DNA of 32,000 nucleotides from Cenarchaeum symbiosum A (GTDB lineage Archaea; Thermoproteota; Nitrososphaeria; Nitrososphaerales; Nitrosopumilaceae). Positions 16,369 to 27,300 of the stretch are shown here, in pieces. Under the pieces are notes generated by a model that worked only from the letters and a program-made list of their open reading frames with translations, made no database searches and was not told the origin of the DNA. The stretch spans positions 894,593-926,592 of the forward strand of contig DP000238.1 in NCBI GenBank assembly GCA_000200715.1, written 5' to 3'. Both the position numbers and the translations under genes were made by a program. The stretch's first letter is position 1. Every line of letters begins with the position of its first letter.

Positions 16369-16453
16369 ATTGTGCCAGGAAGCCCAAGTTAGGCACAAAA
16401 TTGGCCCACGGGCCGGTTGGTTAATAGGATCCAGGCCCGCCTCTACCATTCGT

Positions 16454-16831
16454 TCATGATCCCGCCGCATCTCCCGCATGCCCCCGTTTCACGTCTGCCT
16501 GCCCGATATGCCCCGGCCCGAACTCCGGGGCCCTCCTAGCTCCGACAGCCCCCGCAGGCCCGCAGTATCTCCAAGCCTTTTTGCAGTCATCATACTCGCA
16601 ACGCCCGTTTCCCATGGTCTTTGTGTTTATCGGAGCCATCGCACGCACCAGGGACGGCCCACAATGGGATCTTACGGGCCGGCACGGCTTTACGTCCTGC
16701 CCGGGCGACACGCCCTCAAAGTGAATCCGCCAGGGTATTACCTTTGTGAACATACAGCGGAACCCGGTCATCAATGTGTGGTCTGTCTCACAGGTCTCGG
16801 CCCCTGGCCATTCCTTTGTAGTTACCGTCAT
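16454..16831 (-). CDS. Cys-rich hypothetical protein (possibly the 3' part of a frameshifted gene)
   Basis: 125-aa ORF with host-like codon usage and 8 Cys residues. It has no recognisable family and overlaps ORF 16788..17108 by 44 nt in another frame. Confidence 0.35.
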   Translation of the reverse strand: MTVTTKEWPGAETCETDHTLMTGFRCMFTKVIPWRIHFEGVSPGQDVKPCRPVRSHCGPSLVRAMAPINTKTMGNGRCEYDDCKKAWRYCGPAGAVGARRAPEFGPGHIGQADVKRGHAGDAAGS

Positions 16832-17108
16832 GCAGCCCCTGTTCCCCGAGTGTGCGTGTCAGGCGAGCCTGTCGACCGCGCCCTTCCCCGTCTTTGAGCC
16901 GTCCCGCATCAAGGCACTGTGCGCCATTTACGCATGCATCCGCCAAGCCAGCCGCTTCCGCGGCGATATTCCCGCCTAGTCCCATGTGCAGGGGCGCAAA
17001 ATTGTGGCGTATGCGCACGTGCATGTCGTGCTCCGTTACGCCGACCCGTACAAGGTACGTGCCAAAGAACATCCAGGTCAGAGCAATGACTCCCGCCACG
17101 GCGCCCAT
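16788..17108 (-). CDS. Hypothetical protein with an N-terminal TM helix (possibly the 5' part of a frameshifted gene)
   Basis: 106-aa ORF. MGAVAGVIALTWMFFGTYLVRVG looks like a signal anchor. Codon usage is host-like and there is no recognisable family. Confidence 0.3.
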   Translation of the reverse strand: MGAVAGVIALTWMFFGTYLVRVGVTEHDMHVRIRHNFAPLHMGLGGNIAAEAAGLADACVNGAQCLDAGRLKDGEGRGRQARLTRTLGEQGLHDGNYKGMARGRDL

Positions 17109-17178
17109 CAGGCATCGTGCACATATTCACGGTGCGTATACCCTACATTATCCTAAAGATTCACGGCCGGGACACACG

Positions 17179-17460
17179 CTAGTCTTCCATCTCGACGCCC
17201 TTCCAGAACGCCACGTGGCCCCTGATCTTGGCCGCCGCATCATTGGGCTCCGGATAGTACCATGCACAGTCGCTGTTGGTCTTGCCGTTTGCCGTCACAG
17301 AATAATAGCTGGCGGTGCCCTTCCAGCCGCAAAACGACGTAAAGCCGCTCTCCACCAGGAACTCTTTTTTTACAGAGTCCGCCGGAAAGTAGTGGTTCCC
17401 CTCTATAACCACGGTATCATCGCTCTCTGCGAGCACGACTCCGTTCCATACCGCCTTCAT
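17179..17460 (-). CDS. DUF427 domain protein
   Basis: MKAVWNGVVLAESDDTVVIEGNHYFPADSV...CGWKGTASYYSV...CAWYYPEPNDAAAKIRGHVAFWKGV matches the DUF427 pattern along its full length. I prefer the start at M14 of the track ORF. GTTTTATTGG is centred about 26 nt upstream of 17460. Confidence 0.8.
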   Translation of the reverse strand: MKAVWNGVVLAESDDTVVIEGNHYFPADSVKKEFLVESGFTSFCGWKGTASYYSVTANGKTNSDCAWYYPEPNDAAAKIRGHVAFWKGVEMED

Positions 17461-17525
17461 GATTTGTATGCGATGGTGCTCCAATAAAACAATTTCCATG
17501 CGCAGAATCCCCCAAGGGTAAATCG

Positions 17526-17540
17526 AAAAAAGAGAAAAAA
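17526..17540 (-). terminator. Oligo-T tract (TTTTTTCTCTTTTTT on the minus strand) downstream of the 17553..18194 gene
   Basis: It lies 13-27 nt after the TAG stop (17553-17555). Archaeal termination commonly uses T-runs. Confidence 0.45.
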
Positions 17541-17552
17541 CTGTCCTATGAT

Positions 17553-18194
17553 CTAGGTAGTGTCGCTTTGAAGATCGAACGTGTACGTTACATCCACCGT
17601 GTCGCCGCTCGCCACCTGGGTGGAGCTGACCTTGACGGCAGAGAATGCTGTTCCTACGGTGTCACAGTTCAGGCCCGTGGCGTCCTCGGGAACAGGAGTA
17701 GTACCATCTGTGTTGCATATTACGATGGATTCAATCGTCGCCAAGCCGACAAGGTGTGTGCCGCCCGTGAACGTGGCCGTCAGGATTCCCTGGCCCTGGG
17801 TTTCGGTATTTACGTTGGCACCTATGCAGGTTGACTCCGAAGGGGTGGCAAACGCTGTAGCAGGAGTAAGTGCTGAATCAGAAACTGTCTCTGTGATCTC
17901 CGCTTCGAGTACATCAGTGATGCATATCACGCTAGGCCTCTGGTTGTTCTGGATAGAATCAAAGATGGCATCCCTCATTATATCCTCACCGGTGTTCAGG
18001 ACCGTGTTGTGAACCGTCTGTGTTGCCAGCGTCTGGCCGTCGGCGCTCTTGTGGACCAGTTCCGCCATGCCATAGTACTGGACGCCCTCAGGGGTGCCAG
18101 ACACGCCTGTCGGGGTCATCATCAGGGCAAATACCGCGGCAAAGCCGATGGCTGCTGCCTTGTACGTCGTCTTTCTGGTTGTCCTTGAAATCAT
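17553..18194 (-). CDS. Small secreted hypothetical protein
   Basis: Sec-type signal peptide (MISRTTRKTTYKAAAIGFAAVFALMMTPTGVSG). The mature part is T/S/V-rich with 4 Cys. GATTATAAAC (18217-18226, minus strand) is centred about 27 nt upstream of the ATG. Confidence 0.65.
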   Translation of the reverse strand: MISRTTRKTTYKAAAIGFAAVFALMMTPTGVSGTPEGVQYYGMAELVHKSADGQTLATQTVHNTVLNTGEDIMRDAIFDSIQNNQRPSVICITDVLEAEITETVSDSALTPATAFATPSESTCIGANVNTETQGQGILTATFTGGTHLVGLATIESIVICNTDGTTPVPEDATGLNCDTVGTAFSAVKVSSTQVASGDTVDVTYTFDLQSDTT

Positions 18195-18306
18195 GGATTC
18201 ACTGCCCCGGTCTAGTGTTTATAATCTTTTTTACGGGCGATCTGCAAAATGGCAGGCGGGATAACGCACACCCGGATCCTGCCCGTCGGCATGAAAATAT
18301 ACTAAA

Positions 18307-21300
18307 ATGAACGCAGTAAGCACCGTAGTCATGGGAAGGATGTGGGCCCTGTTCATGCTGCCCGTGATCGCATCTATGATCGCATCTGTGATCGCCCCCG
18401 CATATGCCGACGCGGGGATCATCGGTGCTGCATACGAGCAGTCGACGGGCATCTTGGAGGTGTATTTTGACGGAATGGTAAACGCCTCCTCGATAGACCC
18501 GTCGGGGATTATCATCTGGGACAGCGCGGGCACATCGAGGACCGGCCTGTCAGAGTCCCAGCATCGGGGCCCCCCCGAGGGGCAGTCAGTGAGGCTGCAG
18601 CTCTCACTTGCCGAGAGGGCGGAGATATCAGGGTATGCATACCCGAGGGTGCACCTGACTGCTGCCGCATATTCTGGCGGGACACCCCCCCCGCCGTACG
18701 AGCTGCCGCGGACGGAATTTACGGGAACGCTCGACGTATCCACCTGGGATACAACTGTACGCGGCGTCACATTTTCTGACGACGGGCTCCAGGTGTTTAC
18801 GGTAAGCCACGGCGACACCATAGTCCGCTTTGTGCTCTCCGAGCCCTACGACATAAACACCGCGTCGCATGCGAGGACGTACGGCGGCAACATACAAGAC
18901 GAGGCGGGCAGCGGCATAAGGTTCTCGCCCGACGGGATGATCATGTTTTCATCCGACTGGGGCAAGGACGCCATCCACAGGTACGACCTAGTCTCGCCGT
19001 ACGAGCTCGACGGAAGGGTGCGCGGCGGCTCGTTCAATGTGAGGTCCCAGACCGGGACGCCCTTTGGCCTTGACTTTTCCGCAGACGGCAGCATCATGTT
19101 TGTGATCTCATCCAATCCGGGCACGCTCTTCCGGTACGACCTTGGAATCCCATACGACGTGAGGACAGCCGTGCTCGATAGCAGGCTCGACATATCGGGC
19201 GAGCTCACCGCCGGACACGGAGTAGACTTTGCCCCCGACGGCATGAGGTTTATAGCGGCGGGTTTTGAGTTTGAGGACGACGAAGCGCCCAGCACGGACA
19301 TAAACCAGTACGACATGTCAGAGCCGTACAACATAACGGGGGCGGTGCACTCGGGCGAGTACCTGCTGCCAGCTGCCCACGGCGGGTTTACCAACGATGT
19401 TGCGCTCTCAAAGGACGGCACGGTGCTCCTCCTGGCCGACCCCCAGTTCGACGCAATACAGCAGTTCGAGCTGGACGGGCCGTTTGACATACTGCCGTCT
19501 GCATTCTCCGGCGCGGCAGACGTCTCCGCGCAGGATGCAGCGCCCGCGGCCGTGCTGGTCAGCCCAGACGGCGCGGTCATGCTGGTCGCCGGCAATAACA
19601 CCGGCGCCATACACCTGTATGAACTGGCCGTGCCGTTTGACGTATCCACCGCGTCGCATACGTCAAGCATCGACGTCGGGGACAGGGTGGAGCACCCGTC
19701 GGCCCTGGCAGTCTCCAACAGCGGCCGGCGCGTTCTTGTGGCGGGGCCCGGCTCTGATGATATACACTGGTACGACAACACGAGCCCTGCCGGAAGATAC
19801 GAGCTGGCCGCGGCCGGGTATACAGGGGGAGCCGCCCTCCCTGCATATCCGGAGATAGCAGAGATAGCGGGCCTTACATTTGATGACAGCGGAAACTCTA
19901 TGTTCATACTTGCAGGGGGCGATGCCAACGCCAGGGACGGCGTCTACAAGTACAACCTGACTGCCCGGTTCGACCCGAGCACGGCATCATATGTCGGGGG
20001 CTTCAACCTTACATCCCTGAGGGAGCCAATGGAGAGGGAGCCCACAGGCATCGCCTTTACCAGCGGAGGCTCGGAGATGCTCATACTGGGAAGCGGGTCC
20101 GGCGCGATCCAGCGGCTTGCGCTAGATCCGCCGTTTTCCCTGTCTTCTCCACGGTACATCGGATACTATGATGTGGGGCGCGACGACTCATCTGCACAGG
20201 GGCTGGCGATGGCCCCGGACGGGGAGGCGGCATACGTGGCGGGAGCCAGCACGGGCAGGATAATCCAGTATAGTCCGGCTAGCGCCGATCTTCAGATATG
20301 CGGGACAGGGGAGGATGCAGCCGGCGGCATCTGCGTGCCTGCACTGAGGGCCCCCGGGATAACCTCCGCCCTGCTAGACTGGGACCGGGGTGCCGCCGAG
20401 GTGGCCTTTGATGCAAAGCTTGGCGAAATATCGCCCGGGAGCGTCAGGATAGCGGATGGCGCCTCCCTTGGCGGGGGCACGGACATTACAGATGGCGCAA
20501 CCACTGACGGCTCCACCGCGAGGTTCGTACTCGACGAGACAGGCAGGGCAGAGATATCAGGATACGCACAGCCCAGGCTCCACTTTACAGAGGGCGCCAT
20601 AAACCAGACGGATGGGCCTGCGTTTCCGCCCCAGCTTGGGCCGCCCATTATATCGTACAGGGGCCTTCTCAACATATCCGGGATACAGGAGGCCCCCTCG
20701 GCTGCCGCCATATCCATAGACGGGAGGAGCATGCTGGTATCCGGCGGAACGCCGGGCCTTGTGAGCCGCTTTGAGTTATCGGTCCCGTTTGATGTATCAA
20801 CTGCAGAGTTTGTGCCAGGCGGGTTTGCCGTGCCCGGGGGAGGGGGCCCGCCGGCGGGCCTGGCGCTATCCGGCGACGGCCTGCGCATGCTGGTCATGCG
20901 GCCCGGGGGAATGGTAAGCCAGTTTGATCTTGATTCGTCGTATGATCCGGCGGGGGCGTCATCTGCCGGGGGATACGACACGGGGATCTCCGGGGCAACA
21001 GGGATGGCGCTATCCCCCGGCGGCCGCGCCATGTACGTACTGGGTACCGACGGGGTGTCCAGGTTTGATCTTGCATCCCCCTTTGATGTAATAGGCGCAG
21101 CCGAGAGGCCGGGGCGGCTCCAGGTGGCGGATCTGGCGGAACCTGCAGGGCTTGCCGTCTCATCCGACGGCTCGGCCATTCTAGTCGGGGAGCTCCGGGG
21201 CCCGGGCATACACAGGTTTGCGCTAGAGGAGCCCTTTGAGCTTGCAGGCGCAGCCCAGGAAGGGGCGCTGTCCCTTGGAATACAGGGATCGGCATCCTCC

Positions 21301-24300
21301 TTTGCAATGGCCCCGGGAGGCATGCAGATGATAGTAACCGGCGCCGGGGGCGCGGTTCACATGTATGATATGCCCGAGCCGTTTGGGACGGGGCAGCCTG
21401 CGCACACGGGAACCCTGCTCATTTCAGGGCAGGACAACGTTCCCGTGGGTGCGGCCGTCTCTGGCGACGGGAGCATGCTGTTTGTCGCGGGCGACCAGAG
21501 GGATTTCATATACAGGTATGATCTTGCCGAGCCCTTTGATGTGGAGAGTGGTTCCCTGCACAGCAGCTTCGCCGTGGGGGACCAGGAGCGGCGCCCGACA
21601 GACGTGTCGTTCTCTGCCGACGGAACATCAATGTATGTGACGGGAAGCGGCATGGTGCACCAGTATGTACTGACAACCGGCTTTGACGTATCTTCTGCGT
21701 CATATCTGCGGTCCCTTGATGTATCCGCGCAGGACGGCGAGCCCACGGGCGTGCATATAGCGGCAGGCGGCTCACGCTTGTACATAACGGGGGACGCCTC
21801 GGATTCCGTGTATGGGTACGGCCTTACAGACGCCTTTGATATAAGCACGGCAGTGCATACAGGCTCGTTCAATATAGGGGCCTACGATGACTCCCCCCAC
21901 GCGGTCCGCGTATCTTCTGACGGCACAAGGATGATAGTAGCCGGCGGCCAGACTGGCGCCATTCACGTATACACCATGCCCGTCCCCTTTGAGATATATG
22001 CGGCGCACCACGAGGGCTTTTTCAACGTGCTTCCCCAGGAGGGAATACCGGCGGGCGTGGCCGTCTCGTCTGACGGCCTGCACATGTACGTTACGGGCCC
22101 GCTGTCGGATTCCATCCACCAGTACCACCTCGGGTCATACGATATACAGGCCTGCCCCGAGCCGCTGGGCGCGACGGGCGGCACATGCCTGCCGGGCTTT
22201 GCAGGGGTGATGGCAGTCTCCGCCGCGGCCGATACAGAACGGGGGATAATAGAGGCAATATTTGACGGGGCGATAGATGCATCGGCGGCAGACCCCTCAA
22301 GGATATACCTGAGGGACGGCGAGCTGCCCTCCGGCGGAATCCCGCTGGCAGGCTCCAGTGTTGAGACGTACGCGGATTCTGTCGTGCTGCGGCTGCAGTC
22401 AGATGGAATATCTGGCGCCTCTGAATATACGGATCCCCGCCTGCACTTTGGGGCGGGGGCGGTGCGCGGTGTAGACGGCAGCACGTACCCGCCCGCCTAC
22501 GAGCCATCCCGCATGGGATACGCGGGATCCTACGACTCAAGCCAGACAGAGGCGGCGCCTGCGGCAGTCGCGGCAAGCCCCGACGGCTCGAGGATATTCA
22601 TCCTGGGGACCGACGAAGACGCGATACTGCAGCTCGACCTGGCTGAACCGTACAATGTGACAGGCGGCAGCGTCACCACCTCCCACTATGTGGGGGTAGA
22701 AGAGACGGCCCCGTCGGGCCTCTCCTTTGGCGAGGACGGGATGTCGGCCTTTGTGACGGGCCGGTCGTCGGATGCTGTGCACAAGTACGAGCTGTTAGAG
22801 CCGTACGACGTGCAGGAGGTGCGAAACACAGTGTCGAGCTTTTCAGTTGCCGAACAGGAAGGCACCGTACAGGGCGTATACGTTACACCTGACGGGACGC
22901 ATGTATTCATAGTCGGCACCGACTCCGGCGCTGTGCACAGGTATACGCTTGGTGCGCCGTTTGATCCGGATGCTGCGGTACATTCGGGCTCGTTTAATGT
23001 AAGCGGGCAGGCAGGCAACCCCACGGACCTGTTCTTTGCGCCCGACGGGCACAGGATGTACGTTCTCAACAAGGGCGACGTGTCGGGGGAGGTGCACAGG
23101 TACCTGCTTGCCCGGCCGTTTGACATAACAGAGCCCGTGTATACGGGCAACTTTACCGTCGACGAGGATGCGGCGCCAAGGGGCGCGGCACTCTCGTCTG
23201 GCGGCCTGCACTTTTACATGGTGGGCACGGGATCTGATATGCTCCACCAGTATTCGCTGGGCACGCTGCAAGTAGACGTGTGCCCCGCGGGCCAGACGCC
23301 CGGCGACGGGTGCACTGCTGCATCGTCTGCCGCCGGCCCGCGCATAACATCCGCACTGCTCGAAGACGGCGGCACGTTGGAGATAATCCTTGACAGAGCT
23401 GCAGTGATAAACGCCTCAGGAATGCGCATAACCGACGGAGCCGCGTTCTCCGGCGGGATCTCACTGGCGGGCTCGAATGTATCGACGGACGGCTCCACCT
23501 CGAGATTTGAGCTGCCACCCGGGGCTGCAGAGGTGTTCGGGTATGCAGAGCCCAGGCTGCATTTGGAAGATGGCGCCGTGGCCGGCGGCACATATCCGCC
23601 GAGGGCGCCTCCGGGTACGGCGTATTCGGGGATGCTCGGCGTCACCCTGCAGGGCCCGTCTGCCGCGGCCCTATCTATAGACGGGACAAGGATGGTGCTG
23701 CTCGACGGCCCCGTGGACGTGCTCCACATGTATGGTTTAGGGGTCCCGCATGACGTATCGACTGCCTACCCCATGGATAGCACGCTAGACGTGACTGTTC
23801 CCACCCTGGGCGACGCGGATTCCATATCGATAGACGCGCAAGGCGTGCATTTTGCAGCCGGCGGCCTGCTCATGTACGTATCGGGATCCGGCGGAATATT
23901 CCAGTACAGGCTGGACGCCCCGCACGATGTGGCAGGCGCCGCCTATACGGGCAGGTTTGACGCCGGTGAAGTACCGGACGGGCGCCACGCAGTGCTCTCG
24001 CCTGACGGCTCCCGGATGTACGTTATAGGCCAGGGCGGCATATTCCAGTATTCACTGGGATCTCCCTTTGATGTATCAACTGCGATATACGATATATCGT
24101 ACGATACAGGGTTCGCCCCGGCGGGCGCGGACTTTTCTGAAGACGGCACGCGCATGGCGGCATCCGATGGAACAGGGATCCAGTGGTACGACCTTGCAGT
24201 GCCATTTGACATATCCACGGCGTCACCTGGCGGCGGATTTGATACAACAGGCGGGATTGGGGGCATAGAGATCTCGTCGGACGGCCGGCGCGTGCTTGCC

Positions 24301-27300
24301 GTGCTGCCAGGCTCCGCAGAGGTCATCCAGTACGACCTGCCTTCACCGTACAGGCCGGGGGGCTCCGCCCTTGCAGGATCCCTCGCGGTATCGGGGGTAG
24401 ACGACAGGCCAAAGGGCGTCACACTCTCGCCGGATGGGACAGTCATGTACATGACGGGGACAGAAGAGAGCGACGTCTACCAGTACGGGCTGTCCAGGCC
24501 CTTTGATGTGGATAGCGCCGTACTGCAGGCAACGCTGAACCTGCTCCCGGTGGACGGATACACCGCGCCCGACGATGTGGCCATCTCGCCCGACGGAAGC
24601 ACAATGTACATAGCCGAGGACGGGGGCAGGGTGCAGCAGTACAGCCTGCCAACACCCTTTGAGATAACGGGCGCCATGCGCGAGCATATAATGGATGCAA
24701 GCTCCATTGACAACAGCATCCAGGGAGTGGCCGTCTCGCCCGACGGCACAAGGCTGTTCATATCCGGGAATGAGACTGACTCCATACATGAATACAGCCT
24801 TACCACCCCGTTCATGCTGAGCAGCTCGATATACGACGGATCCCTGGGGCTGGCCGGCCACACCACAGACCCCTCGTCGGTGGCGTTCTCTGCAGACGGG
24901 ACTGTAATGGTAGTCGCAGGGCACGACGGCGGCCTTATCCACTGGTATGCGCTTGCAGCCCCGTTTGAGATCTCCTCTTCCATATACTCGGGGGCTCTTG
25001 TTACCATAACCGAGGATGCCGCCCCCCAGGGCGTTGCCCTCTCGTCTGACGGGCTGTGGACGTATGTAACAGGGGATTCCGGCAGCATCAGCCAGTATTC
25101 GCTGGCCTCGCGGCCAGTGGTGGAATGCCCGGCAGGAGCTGCAGCCTCCGGCGGCCAGTGCCTTCCGGGCTTTTCTATTCCAAGCCTCGTATCTGCAGCC
25201 ATGCAGACTACAGGGAACCGCCTCGAGATGCTCTTTGATGAAGAGATCGACGCCTCGACTGCCGACGCCGCCCAGATCAACATCAGGGACGGCGCGGGGG
25301 CGGCAGGCGGGATAAACCTTGACGGATCCCGCGTGAGGGACTCTGCGCCGGACGTGCTCAAGCTGTCCCTGACCAGGGGCGTTACGGATACTGTGTCCGG
25401 GTACGCGGATCCGCGGCTGCACTTTGGCGCGCGGACAGTGCATGGAGCAGACGGGTCCGTATTCCCCCCGAACTTTGATCCCGGCGGGCTGATGTTCATG
25501 GGCTCGCTTGACGTCTCCGCACAGGAGAGGCAGCCCAACGGGGCAAGGGCTGCCGCAGACGGCTCTAAAATCTACGTGGTGGGCGGCATCTCTGATTCTG
25601 TCCACCAGTACGACCTGGCTGCGCCGGGCAACCTGACTGGCGGATCCCACTCCGGCTCGCTGAATATTGGGGGCAGCAGCACAAACCCCACAGATGTCGA
25701 GCTCTCGCCAGACGGGGAGATGGCCTTTGTACTGACCAGGGCAGGAAACGTAAACAGGTACGACCTTGGCAGCCCCTTTGACATAGGGACCGCCGTGTCA
25801 CATTCCTCCTTGGTAGTGGGCGACAGAGTGCCGGCGCCCCTGGGGATGTCGTTCGGGGTGGGCGGCATGAGGATGTTCATCTCGGGCAATTCGCCAGATA
25901 TGATACACAGGTACGACCTGCCCGCGCCATACGAAGTATCTGCAGCTGTATACATAGATTCGCTGCACGTCGGCGATGATATCGCCGAGCCCGTGTCCAT
26001 AGCCTTCTCGGAAGACGGCTCAAGGCTGCTGGTAACCGATAGGATCCCGTCTTCTATACACACGTACCAGCTGGGCTCGCCATTCGACCTGACGCCGGCT
26101 GCTCTCACGGGATCGTTTGATGCAGACGGGCAGGACGGGTTTTTGCGCTCTGCATCATTTTCTGACGGCGGCCTGTGGATGTACCTGGCGTGGGCGGATG
26201 ACGGAACCATCCACCAGTACAGGGCGGAGCCCCCTGCGGTTGAAATCTGCCAGGGCACCATGCTGGCGACCGGCGGGGCCTGCATGGAAAGGTACGTTCC
26301 GGGGCCCTCCATACAATCCACCGCATTTGGCGGCAGCTCGCTGGAGATTGCATTTGATTCACCCATCAACCATTCATCTGTAGACACATCCAGGATCCGC
26401 GTTGCAGACGGGACAGAGGGCACAAGCCTGGCGGGGGCGGAGGTCTCGGAGGGGCCATCCCCCGGGGTGGTCGTGCTGGATCTTGGCCCCCGGGAGAGGG
26501 ACGCTATATCGGGATACAGAAACCCGGTCATTCACTTTGGCATAGGCGCCATACACGATATGGACGGGCGGCCGTACCCGCGCCCGTTCTCGACGGACCA
26601 GCCGGTCCCCCTGTCATCTGCAGAGGCCTCCCTGCGGAGAGTGCAAGATATCCACATGACGCCAGACGGCTTGTCGGTCTTTGTATCCGGGACAGAGTCC
26701 GGGGCCCAGTTTGGCGAAGGGCACGTGGTCCGGCGATACGACCTGTCCGAGCCCTACGACATGAGCACCGCCGTGGAGAATAGAACAGGCCAGTTTGAGT
26801 TTGTCGAAGACGAGCTGCAGGTCAACAGCCTTGCCTTCTCGGAGAACGGCCTGCGGATGTACGTCTCCGGGTCGCCAGACGAGCTGGACCCGGACCGTGG
26901 AGGGCTGTACCAGTACGATCTTAACGGGCCGTATCTTGCCCACACGGCCCTGCTTGCCGGCAGCACGCTCCCCACAGCCGGCGGGGAGACAAGATACCTC
27001 AGCGGGATCCACTTTAGAGAAGACGGCAGCAGCCTCTACGGGACAAGCGGCAGCGAGGTGCTCCAGTTTTCACTAGATACGCCCCATGACGTGACCACTA
27101 TGGGGCCCGCGCGCGCGGTGCTCATGATCGGCGGGGATCACGGTCTCGACGACGTGTCTATTTCCGAGGACGGGACAATCATGCACCTGACGGATTTGAA
27201 CACGATAAAGACCTACGAGCTGCGCAGCCCGTTCAACATCGGGAGCGCCTCAGCCATAGGGTCCGCTGTGCACCCGAGCACCGGCACGTGTTATGACAGC

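Noticed and set aside
12628-16402. Calling the R-M island a mobile element.
   Set aside because: The window contains no integrase, transposase or recombinase, no tRNA target and no long terminal repeats. Only a 12-nt boundary repeat and the compositional shift support foreign origin. I therefore describe it as an island rather than annotate a mobile_element.
16478-17487. Plus-strand ORFs 16478..16897, 16746..16979 and 16852..17487 (211 aa).
   Set aside because: Their products are R/P/S/A-rich, typical of wrong-strand reading. 16852..17487 is antisense to the well-supported DUF427 gene over its 3' half.
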